From Catajapyx aquilonaris (lineage: Eukaryota): a stretch of DNA of 51,542 nucleotides. The translations under genes were made by a program, and so were the position numbers. How positions within the stretch are numbered: the first letter of the stretch is position 1; each line of letters starts with the position of its first letter. The notes beneath the pieces are model-generated. The model had not been told where the DNA came from. It was given only the letters and a program-made list of their open reading frames with translations, and ran no database searches. The DNA is taken from NCBI GenBank assembly GCA_000934665.2, contig KZ538723.1, positions 1 to 51,542 on the forward strand. Reading direction: 5' to 3'. Shown one piece after another: positions 13,173-25,200 of the stretch.

Positions 13173-14562
13173 TAGGTTGGATGGCAAGTCAGGTTGTATG
13201 GCAAAGATTTTTGTTAAATTAAAATAGTTAGGAAATCGCGCCTTTCTAAAGTTGCCGTTTATTCATACTGTGGAGCCACCTTCCAGCTGTGTTACAAAAA
13301 ACACTTCACTGCCATATATTGTGTGACAACCTAATTATCCGAAGAGGAAGCCATATTGGAAATTGGTTGGCGTCTGCTGGAGAGCGGCCGGACCTCACGG
13401 TCAAAAACAGATTAATAGTGAGTTACAAAGTCAGTATTTCATCATTTAATGCATATGAATCCAATTTAGAAAGCTTGAAGAACAATTGTGACTAAACACA
13501 GTTTTGAAAAATTCACAATAGCGCTCGTACAGGCCTTAACAAAGTTGGCAAATTTTTAAGGTTGCACCTGTCATGGAGGCACTCATTTTACAACTTGGAC
13601 TTGGGGTCACTAACATTCAAGGTGCCTTCAGAGGAGTGGGTCTGGTCCCACTAAACAGCTTTAAGGCGCGTTCACACTAGCTACGAAACGAACAGAACGG
13701 TATGACGAAACGAACGGAAGGAGGGGAAAGGTGTTCAGACACAAAAGCGAGTGGCGTGGCTTTAGCCTCCGTATCCCGCAGCGCATGCGCTGTGCTTGAA
13801 TTCTCGGGGAGGAAGCCGGATCTTCCTCGGGCTCTCCCTCCCTTCGGACCGGTATCATACCCTTCTCTTCTCCCATCTCCCGAGGCCCGCTCCCCCTGGG
13901 TCTCGACTCCCGACTGATGTCCTTCGTCCTGCCCTCGCCAGAGGCGCTGCCGGATTTCCCTTTCACTTTCGCTCGCCACACCCCTGCCGTTTTCCTGGCT
14001 CTTCCCATTGGTGGATAGGTCCGTAAGCCTACGTATTCCGTATTCCGTGTCCGTCAAAAGTTGATTTCTCCCGTCTTTTCCGTTTCGTAATCCCTTTCAC
14101 TTTTCGTCATCCTCAAGTGGGCTCTGATTGGTCCACTCTTTCGGATCGTTCTTTTCGTATGCTCCCGTCAGCTAGTGTGAACTCCCCTTTATGCAGTACC
14201 AGACAGTGCTTTGAGTGCCAACGCAACAACTACTGATCCACCTGCTGCAGACAATGATGATATTCCACAGGGTCAAAGAGAGCTCCTGCAGCTCCCCACA
14301 GTCAAAACTACCGCAAAAAGCTAAATGTATTACAACGCCTTTCCCTTCAGATTCACCAGTTAAAATCAGGCCTATAGGCAATCCAACAAATGAGGCATCA
14401 CAATCCCATATGACATGTGCATATGTGCTATGTGCATATGTGACAATAAATAAAATGAAGAAATTAAGAATTAATAGTGATTATGATTTCTGATAGACCT
14501 AATAAATTGCCATGTAACCTTACACTTTGCCATGCAACCTGATGGGCTTGCCATTCAACCTA
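13173..14562. mobile_element. Possible older DNA transposon remnant hosting the Harbinger MITE
   Basis: Inverted subterminal repeats taggttggatggcaagtcaggttgtatggcaaag (13173) vs ctttgccatgcaacctgatgggcttgccattcaaccta (14525); no TSD found. Confidence 0.45.
13664..14188. mobile_element. PIF/Harbinger-type MITE
   Basis: TIR agg(c/g)g(c/a)gttcacactagct; 3-bp TTA TSD at 13661 and 14189. Confidence 0.75.
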
Positions 14563-14736
14563 CTGTTTTGAAAAATCTTACTTTTTGCAGCTGAAATTTA
14601 GAAGTTAATTAACATATAATGTATTGCTTATTTGCTTTCTGTAATTATTTACTTATGGTGAAGGATATTTGAAAAATGATATTGGCCCAAAACTTTGGTT
14701 AAAATGGTGAACCTAACCTCGTAAAAAAACTTGCTT

Positions 14737-14975
14737 GGAATTTAATCTATGGGGGATGGTAGAAGACTAGAGGGGTTCTAGGCGATCATTTTAAGTATAG
14801 GTATCGTGCGTCTCCGAAGCATAGTTACCGAGATAATGTGCTTCAAACACAATGTATAAAATATCCTGACATGTATGCGTCCCTCCATGCGCCCTTACCC
14901 TTTTCATTTATATTTAAGGTGTTATCATGCAATTTAAATTTAAAACGCAATCTCATTAGGCGTAGCAGACAGTGG
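14737..14975. mobile_element. Partial copy of the 26687 MITE family
   Basis: High similarity to 26695-26935 (ggttctaggcgatcatt...cgtagcagacagtgg). Confidence 0.8.
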
Positions 14976-15080
14976 AGTGCGCAAGGGAGTGCGGGGAACC
15001 TCGTTTGGCCTCTTTTAATTCTCACTGTTATTGGAGCTTCACGGCCATCAAAATTTAAACATTGATAAGTGTGTTTGGAG

Positions 15081-15191
15081 CAGGGATGGAAAAAGTACCG
15101 CTTCCTTCCAAGAAGCGCTTCTTTTTTCCATGTGCAGGGATAGAAAAAGAACCGCTTACCGCCCAAAGAAGCGGTTCTTTTTCCATCCCTG
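15081..15191. mobile_element. 111-bp hAT-type mini-MITE
   Basis: TIR cagggatggaaaaag / ctttttccatccctg; perfect 8-bp TSD gtttggag at 15073 and 15192. Confidence 0.88.
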
Positions 15192-16286
15192 GTTTGGAGT
15201 CATCCTGCATAATTGACAATGCTGTTTTAAACAGTCAGTCACATCAATCCGAAAATCACGATGATAGCAGGAGTCAATCATGTCCGAGGCCCAGACCTGA
15301 CACCCTCCCTCATGCAGCAGACACGCCCGAGAAATAAATGCGCAGATTCGAAAGGCAACAATGTATTTCAGAAGCGAGGCAAGCCTTGACTGCCCTAGGC
15401 TTGTTTCTAGGTGTGGAAAGTTAGCCAACTTATTTAGGCAGCCCATGCATTTCCTCCAACCATAATCCACTGCAAAGTGCCAGACAATATGGAGGGCGAG
15501 TTGGAAGGAAGGCAGCCATATATAAGTGCTTTGCTGTGAAAAGGCACATGAGGAATGTGGGTGTGGGTCCCTATCGCCCTAGGGTTGGGTGGGTGGGGGT
15601 AAGGGAGGGGTTGTGGGAATGGAGGGGGTGGTCTGTGCAGAGACGTAACCGCCAGCCCACAAAATTCAATTGTTCTCACATTTCCACGCATGAAGCAAAG
15701 GGCAAAAAATGACTACAAGCTCCACCAATTAGGCCGTGATGAAGGGCTTGCCGACAAGCCCAGCACAGAGTGCATTTGCATGTGCAACGCCATTCAGGGA
15801 GCGCGCGGGGGTGGAGAGAGGGAGGCAGGGGAAAGCGGGGAGGGGCGCCAGAAGCGCTCGGATTCCGAACCAATATTCGCCTTGCCATTTTGACCACTCT
15901 GGGTAGGGAGGGTGGGAGGGGGGTGGAGGGTACAATACTGACTTGCTGTCGCAAATGTTTTATTCATGGGACCTTGGATCAATGCTCTGAGGCTGGGTTG
16001 GTTGGTGGGGAGAAGAGGGTGAGGAGGCTGGATTGGGGAAGGCAATGGGTTGCTGAGAGGCTGCTGGAAGGAAAAGAAACTGTCTTCGCCGGTCTCCGAA
16101 GTTGATCTTTGTTGTGTCCAAAGTGTAGCTTACTTATTTATTGAACTGTTATCACAAGAGTCATTCAATCTGAATGTAAATGGCTGTAATGCAGTTACAA
16201 GCCATTTTTGTCCAAAGATATTTTGCACGAAGTCCAAAATACTTCGTCCAAAGGGCCAGTTATTAATTTATTCTCGCTATTGTTTA

Positions 16287-16605
16287 CTAGCTGCGGCACC
16301 CGGCGTTGCCCGGGAAGAAATGAATGAAGGGAAAACACCTGCCAGTGGCCCCGTGAACTGTCTGTCTTTCAGTGTGTTCGCCTACCAATGCCATCTCCTG
16401 CTACTCCAACACCTTCAACCTCTCCCGCCTGTATAACGGCAACCGTCATTTGCCTGCCATCTGTATTCAAAACCCCCAACACCTCCATCCTGTTCCGGCC
16501 TGGGGGTGGAGCACAGATGGCAGGCAAATGACGGTTGGCAGGCGGACAGACGGACAGAGACGACAGACAGAGAGACAGACTCACAAACGACTTTATTTAT
16601 ATAGA
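16287..16605 (-). mobile_element. Non-autonomous Helitron
   Basis: On the - strand it starts TC and ends with hairpin cccgg-gcaacg-ccggg followed by CTAG; inserted between A and T; internal (GACA)n-like microsatellite. Confidence 0.8.
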
Positions 16606-19230
16606 TTTATTTATTCCAGCCAACATTTAATAAGGATGAATACTCCAACATTTTATTCTTATGCTGCAATTGGGCCTTTGTTCTTTGTACAAAAATATTT
16701 GGACAAAAAACTTGTATTGGACGGGAATATATTGTTGGACGAAATGTTTTAGTGAAATTTCATTGGGCAAAGATGTGGTATGATACGTGCAATATTTACA
16801 CAGTAGGCCTACCTAAAATTGTCATGAATTAAATCCGGTCCCCCTCCCAAGCCCTTGCCCTTTTTTCTCTCAGCAAAAGGGCGGAGGAATAACTTAGCCA
16901 TAAACTGCGGTTGTCCCGATACCCTCTTGAATCCAAAATTACAAACTTGGGGACATTTTTCATCCTAGTTGGAAGGGAGAGCGCGTGGCCTGCAGATTTT
17001 TTTTTTTTTTTTTTTTGCTAATGTGTTCTACTTTCTCCCCCAAAATGACGAAGGAGATATATGAGGGCAGACTTCTGACAACAAACGGGGTGTTTTGTAG
17101 CCGCAGGTCAAAGGGGGTTCAAAAAATGGGAATAGGAGGGTGGGGGGGATAAGCGACGAGCCCAAAGTTCCCTCTGGCGTTTGCCTTTTCAATTTGCGCT
17201 GGAAAATGGCGTTTGTGGCCCTGACTAAACGGCCACAAATGACCCCCTGCACACACACACACACACACAAAAAAAAAAACTCCCCTCCCCTTCCTCCCGT
17301 TTAAGCAAATGTGGAAATGGACAATAGAGGCAATGTGCGATTAGACTCCACCCTCGTTGCACAAACCTCGTGGCCATTTCTCAAAATAAACGGGGCTGCA
17401 ATCGGTGACCTTTTGTTACGGGCGTAACTTCCTCCCCTCAATCCAGCTTTTATCTTTCCTACACACCCTGTCCCCTATTCTGAACAGCATGCTATCGTGT
17501 TTCACTGCCAATTGACACATCATATCAGTACCGGTAATATAAAAGCAGGTGTTTGTTCACATAATAATCAAGTATTACAAGTTTTGTTAATGGGCTTGTA
17601 GAAAACGCTAGTATAATATATTGCTGAGAAAACTAATTAATTTGAGTAATTTTATTATTGGAAAAGAGTCATAATTATTTGAAGGTGATTTAAAGATATT
17701 CAACATTAGTGCCTTTAGAAAGCCAATAAGGTCTGCAGTATTACAATATACCGTATTTCAACTCACTAACTGTATTGTTGTCACTGCAATATTATTTCGT
17801 TGTACAGTAGGTAAAGTTCATGATGGTAATTTTTACAGTTAAAAATCATACTCTGTTTGATATTGTCTTCAAAGCTAACTTTGGAAAACACTTGTTAGGT
17901 AAGTTGAGATAATTGGTGAACAATAATAATTCATAATAATTGTCATAATTCAAGTAGGCCTACTGAAGAAATTAAGAACTTACCGATACTATTCAGTAAA
18001 TTTCCAAGCTGGCGCAATGCCATCAAAACTTGTCACTTGCTGTAAATATTAAAACAATTACTGTAAAAGGGCAGAAAATCCACTGGTATACAAAATTAAA
18101 AACTAAAAACAAAATAGCTAATAAACATACTAATATTACACTTCAGCTCTGATAATAATCATTCTATTTAAAAAACAACGGCAGTAATTGGTAGATAGGC
18201 TGCTGTGACGTGCTGACCATTTTAAAACATAAAATGCATAGTATACTTTTATTGGGGATAGGAGGTGGACCAAGGGCGAAGAGGTGGTGATCAGCACATC
18301 CTTTCCGCGTTGATTGAACGGGCCTGGCTGGCGCTAGAGGAAGCAATTTTCTCACGCCGCAAACTTTTTCCTGGGAGCCCCCCCTCTTCCCAACACAGTT
18401 TCTGGCTAGCTGGGGGTCAGGGCATTGCCATAAAAGCTTCCCCTGAAAATCAGGCTGTTTGGATGCGGTGTGGCAAAAAGCGGGGTTTCGGCGGCGTTCA
18501 CCCCTCACCCCATCCAGCCTACCCCCACTGGCCATTCCCCTGAACAGAGTCGTCAGGCCGTGTGTCTGAGTGACAGGCGTGGCCCAGTCGATTTGCAATG
18601 CACGGGACCCAAGCACAATGCCCAATTAGTCATATTGGAATTGCAAAATTTACCCCTCCCCCCATTTTTTTTTGCTACATTTTAAATCGTCAACCCACCC
18701 TCCCACCATATGGGATGTTATTGTCATGGACTCAAGTTGCCACCCAATACATATAGCTGACCTGTACATGCAAAAACGGGCATTTAGGACACCTTTTATG
18801 GTACTACCAAAAGTTCGGTGACTTCTTGACTAAATGACGCATCTTATTAGTTATTTCCATTATTTCCCACTTTTTATGTTCCCATACAGACAAATTCGGT
18901 GATGCCATGGTTGTTTCAACACAAATGAGAGAAAATCTCGGATAAGTGTTCGTAAATGGGTGATTTTCTTCTTGATATAAGCCAAAAGATTTTCCGTTTC
19001 AGTCTTTTCTGACATGCAAAGCCTGGTGCAATTGCGACGCAAGCCTACTTGGAGAGACTATGACATAAGAGAGCCTTTATGAATTGACCTTCGTTGGTCA
19101 ATTTGGCTTGATAACTCAGTAGTGACAACAGATGAACTTACCACGTGATATCCTTTGGCCGATATGAGATACAAATACACAATGCGTTATCGTAAGGCAC
19201 TCGCAGGAGCATTGCCTTGGTGTGAGCATC

Positions 19231-22200
19231 ATGGTTATCATTGTTACGGCAGTGACTTTGGCACTATTGGCAATTGTGGTGTCTCTTACTTACAGGTACA
19301 GTCCGTTCACTTTCTTATTAATATTTATTCAGTTACACCCTTTTGTACGAGGATTAAGTCAAAAGCTGGTATGAGGTGAAACCGAATTGTACTAATTGAT
19401 AGAAACGATATTCGCTAACTTGACGATCGCATCAATAGCTACACTGTATAGAGCAATAAATTCCAGCGTTACGGACGCGACGTTATAATCGCACGCGCAT
19501 TTGGGGAAAGATGGCTGCTTCCCCGCGGGTGTGATCAGGTCTTGACTAAGGTCTGGGGACGGAAGTCTGTGGTTTTACTGTAGCTGTGGGGACCAGTTCC
19601 AATTGTAGGGACATTTGTCGGTCCCCACAGTCTCACACACGCGAAGTGTACCATTACAGTGGGGACATGTGTAAATTAGTGGGGACATGTCCCCACTATT
19701 TTCATTTGTAGGGTTTCACAAAAGTCCATTTTTCTCAGCCTAGGTTACTTAGGGTAGGGTAGGTTAGGTAGGGTAAGGTAGGTTAGGTTAGGTTAGGTTA
19801 GATCAGTTTACACTCGCAGTGAAAAGTGATCAATGTCCGTCCCCACGCCTTAGTCAAGACAAGAGTGTGTGCGTGTGTGTGTGTGTGAGGATCTGTATTT
19901 CTATAATATGTTCTATGCTATACGATCTCCTACATAATACGAGAGGGACAGTATAGGGTTTTTGTACGCGTTACGGACGTTACATAATTAAAATAGCCTT
20001 ACAGGAAGGGATTTACTACATTATGAAATTCCTGCGAATTATGAGGTTGTGACACTTTCTTACGCAGGATCCATTGCAAGAACAATGTTTTCATAAAACC
20101 AAATTGACTCGTAGAGCAATATATTTTTTCCTGCGATAAAGTTTTTCAGACCCCTGCCATGTTGACATATTATCGTGGAATATTGCTCTGTATAGTCATT
20201 TACGTAAGTCAGGAGAGACACAAAGCAGCCAAGGTCAATAACTTGACATCAGCTGTAGATATGATGAGCTTAATTCAGTACATTGATGTAGGTCTACTGT
20301 AGTATAACAGAAGTGGCCTTGAATTTATACTTAGAGTCCCCGACAGGCAGGATGCCAACTAGTTATACAGAGTCATGGATTGTTACTGAGTTATCTGCCA
20401 AAATATCTTCCATAATTTTAAAAACTACAAGAAAATGTTTGCTTTTCAGGTTATTGACGTCATCTTTTGATTACTTTAAGAAGAGAGGAATTCCTGGTCC
20501 TAAGCCTTATCCACTGTTTGGCACATGGTGGAATACATGGAAGGAAGTATGTTGTCCTATTATTCGGTCATTGAAATTATTACTTTCAGTAACCAATCAA
20601 TTTAAATTCCCGATGCATAATAATTAAAGTTGTATCCTTGCTTAATTTATCGTGTTACAATATCCTTGATTGAAAAACAGAGTAAGGTACTATCTGGACC
20701 ATAAAATAATTTTTTCCGTTTCTCGCCTTAGTCAATATAATCATTGTAATATGGTTATCTTGCCACATTGGCCCCCGTTGTGGTGTACAAAGATCCTGCT
20801 AGTAACCCAGTTAAACCAAGAAAAATATATGATCATCTGCATAGCTTGTGCGTGAGAAAGCATCTCTTTTGGAATCGTGTTTTTTTTCCTCCTGCCGCCA
20901 AAGTTTGTAGTGGAAGTTGTTCATAATAATGCCAGATGAAAAGGCGAAATTCTGTTTTGTTGTATTGATTCTGGGTTTTGGACGAAGATATTTTTATCCT
21001 TGCAGACAGTTTAAAGAGAAGAAACAATCACGACAAAATAGGCTATAGTCGCTATACATTGCACTATTATATTATTATTGTTTCCAAGAATTGCTTTTCT
21101 TTCAACTGGTTGCTGAGATAAACTATTCCTAACCCTCTCCCCCTCCCCACATTAGAACTGGGGACCCAGGCATTACCAGGTAGCCATCACATTGTGTGCA
21201 GCAGTGGATACGAGGAGTTCAATATCGGAATGATCTTCACATAGGTGGCATCATATTATAGACTACAAGTATCACAATCATGGTTGTAACTAAGAAGTGC
21301 TTCTCAGTATTTATAACAAACATTAATAATTCAATTTTTTATACAAGAAAGGCACGGTACTATACGAATGCTTGCCTTCAAAAAATACAGTAGTAACTGA
21401 TCGTAGTGTACTGATCGGTGCTGATATTCCCATATCGTTTATTGAGACACTTTGTACTCCATAAAATGACTTAATATGGCATGAAACAGAAACGATGGGT
21501 GCCATTAGGCTATTATCCTGTCGCTCTTGATACAACTTAATACACACTCACAATATTCATCTATCTTCTATCAGGATGTGACTCAAAAAGTGCGGTTAGC
21601 GTCCAATTTAGCGGAGCCTAGAAGCCTCGCTTGGGTAGCAGTAATTTTTGGAATATGCCCCATCCCATCTCCCTTGCCAGTCCAAAGTCGCTGTAGCTGA
21701 TAGCAATGTGAAGATCTGTCAAGATTATTCAGTTTACACGCAGCACTGCTGCTCTACAAGTATATAGGCCTACCCTATATAGGTTAGGCCATCCGACTTT
21801 GACAGCAGTTGACAGTTGCGTGTAATAGCACCTTTAGGTTCAATGGCATGTCCCAGTTGTAGTAGGCGATATGAAAATTATGCCAAATATTTTTTTTATT
21901 TTTTACCCCGTGATAGCGTTATAAACCCTTATAGTGGGGTGACACACTTCCATCAGTTTTATAAGGTAGGCCTATGTCATTTTCTTCACTCTCCGGTGCA
22001 GGGAACTATCAAGGACTTAGGGTAAGGATAGTGGATAGGGATTTTTTGGGGGAGGGAACATGGGTGAAAGTGTAATGTCTGTAAAGGGGTCATAACTGTG
22101 CTGTTCCCCCAGGAGGTTAGGTTGCCAGACGCCTCCAAGGCACGGGTCAGAGACCCTCGCTGACGCAGGCGAAAGGGAGCTCCCAGGCGGGGATCGAACC

Positions 22201-25200
22201 TGCAAGCTTTCAGTCAGCAAGCCGAGACGCTACCATCTCGGCCACCTCCCCTCCCCTAAGACGCCGTTACATCTTTCATACGCTCGTATATGATATTTTG
22301 CGGGGAGGTGTGGTGGCCGAGATGGTAACGTCTCGGCTTGCAGAGTGAAAGGTTCCAGGTTCGATCCCCGCCTGGGAGCTCCCTTTCACCTGAGTCGGGA
22401 GGGTCTCTGACCCGCACCAAGAAGGTGTCTGGCAACCTAACCTCCTGCGGAGGACTGCACATGACCCACACATAATGACAACGCACTTGCACCCGTGTCC
22501 CCTTCCCCAAAAATCCCTATCCTTACCCAATGTCCTTTATTCCCTGCANCCCCCCCCCCCCCCTCTCCCTAAAAGAGCCTATGGCTCTATCACGGAGTAG
22601 CACAAAAAAAATGTCAAGGAGTCTGGGCTTATCTTTAATATGTTACCTTTTAAAGTCCAGATTGTTGATCCATGTCATTCACAAATGATTAACTATATAC
22701 ATGTTGAGATGTTGTGGATTTACTTGCTCACACAACCGGTCATATGCCGAATGCTCTCAATGTGATTATTTTTGAAGGCGCGTGAGGACTGCCTGTTACA
22801 CTGCCAACGGGACCCGGAGCCATCTCTTGCTTACTTCTGGAATCGTCGTTCGGTCGAAAACCTTGGTTCACCGCATTTTTGGACAAGGCATTTTAGCCCT
22901 ACGCTGTGCTCAATAATGGAATGACACATTATGTCACACACGACAGATTTATGCAGTGTTATTGAGCATCGCAACAATGAACTTGCACACTGAAAACAAT
23001 GTATATTTGCTTTTTCAGGACTCGAGAGAGAGGGAACTCCGGTGGTTACGACAATATGGAAAAATATACGGGTCAGTAAAGTGGTATACTCTCTGCAGGC
23101 AAAATTTTACCTTACATTTTAGGAGCGGTAGCCCCTAAGTAAGATCGTAGCGTAGCATTTCAACAATGAATTTTTCCAACATCTTCTTGTTGTTCCTGTT
23201 ACGTTTTTTTTATTATTCGCTCTAACTCAAGTTCTGCTGTATAGGTAGAGCTCCCAAATTTTGAACACATATCCCCACCGTCGCGACGCGACGCGACGGC
23301 GGTATAGCTGGTAGCGAAGGGATTTTAAAAAAGAACTGAAATAAGAGCAAAAACATTCCTTTCAGTGAAAAAAGGGTAGTGGCGGAATGAAAGTACTGAA
23401 ACAAGGCAGGCGCACGTAGGACCTTCACCAATTGATTTAAGCTGTACCATAGATTTAAGCAATTCTAAAGTATTGTGAGGAATGGCTCGTAAAAATTACT
23501 CTACTGCAAACTACTCAGAGCAGAAGCCAGGGTTTTATTTTGAATTTAAAAAAACTGAACCCATCCTCACAGACTTGGATTTTCGCTCCTGAAAATGCAG
23601 AATCCAATCGAAAAAGACCCTCTAAAATTCACCAAATTACGTTTACATGTGAAAAATTAAACATTACAATTAAAATCAGTATGTAAAAGAGGTGACAATA
23701 TTGTGCATAAATGTTTCACGGCAATAAATTCGCCCGAATCGTATAGAAATTCAATATGATTAATATTGAAGTTCCTAATTTCAGAAAACACACTTATATG
23801 GAGTGGCTCATGGATATATATGGATATATGGATAATATATTCCGAAAGGAGACTCTTCACGTGCATTAAATTGGAAGTTTCTTGAGTAAGACCTATGGTA
23901 CAGCTTAAATAAATTGGTGAAGGTCTAACGTGCTCCTGCCTTGTTTCAGTACTTTCATTCGGCCACGGAGGTCTTACTACCCATTTTTCACTGAAGGGAT
24001 TTTTTACGTTACCCCGTGATAGGGCCATAGGCCCTTATAGGGGAGTGGAATACCACCATTTTCCCTGCAATTTTCTGCATTTTTTCTTCTAACTCCGGTG
24101 CAAGGATGAAAGGAAATGGGGTAGGGATAGGGAACATTGGTGCAAGTGCAATGTCGGTAAAGGGGTCATGTGTTGTTCCCCAGGAGGTTAGGTTGCCAGA
24201 CACCTCCTTGGTGCAGGTCAGAGACCCTCCTGACGCAGGTGAAAGGAAAGTTCCCCAGGCGGGGATCGAACCTGGGGCCTTTCACTCAGCAAGCCGTGAC
24301 GTTACCATCCCTGCCACCACACCTCCCCCCTGAAGGGAATGTTTTCGCTCTTATAAACAAAATAGTTACTTATTTTTTTGCGCACTTGTTTGTGGATAAA
24401 CTGCGTAACAGCTCACATGTCAATCGTTTCAGTACATTTGACGGATACACACCAGACTTGATAGTTGCTGAACCCGAACTTGTCCGAAAAATCTTGGTCA
24501 AAGACTTCGACAACTTTGTAAATAGACGAGTAAGTATACATCAGAGGGTGTTACACTCACTGTACTGATTTTCGTATTGTTTATAATATTTCACCACAGC
24601 ACTGGCATCTCGTGAATCATTACTTGTAACCAAATCGATATTTCCAGCCATTTACAACAAATCAAGAAGTCATCCGGAAGAATTTGATCTTTCTAAATGG
24701 ACAAGAATGGAAGGATGCTCGAGTAGCGTTTTCTCCATGTTTTACAGCCAATAAAATGAAACGAGTAAGTATAGTAGGCCTTACAATATGTTGGCCACAT
24801 TCTTATGTAGAGTAGGCCTACTTCAACCAGGTAAATACCTTCTGACTGATGAAATGTATAATAGCACTTACAATACGGTATATAATTATTTAGGTTAGCC
24901 TACTGATAATGACTAAGTTACTATACTTTAGTTCAAATCATGTACATTTCTACATGAGGTGTGCGGTACGGTATCTAAAATTGACGCCTCAGATCAACAT
25001 CTTCAATGAAGAACAGGCACATTATTGGGACCCATAGGGGCATGCGTAGGGGTAGTGTACAAGATTCACTCAAGTGAAAGGGGGCAGACACCGTTACAAA
25101 CATCGTTACAAGTTCAGATAAAAATGTTAAAAATCTGGACATGTATAGCATATCTATATACCAGCGTTCCAAATTTTGGTTCATATCTGACTGTGAGTAA

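Noticed and set aside
1..18700. GC-rich patches with short ORFs (1-350, 11040-11380, 15700-16050, 18270-18630), several near ccaattag motifs
   Set aside because: No domain motifs, splice-consistent exon chain, TIRs or TSDs could be established; probably old repeats, but not supportable from this window.
19741..19801. True telomere or chromosome-fusion scar
   Set aside because: Short, degenerate and enclosed by MITE TIRs inside an intron.
24598..24647. Alternative acceptor (cacag at 24599) for P450 exon 5
   Set aside because: It leads to an in-frame TAA after 9 codons; the 24647 acceptor gives the conserved PF...WxxxR sequence.
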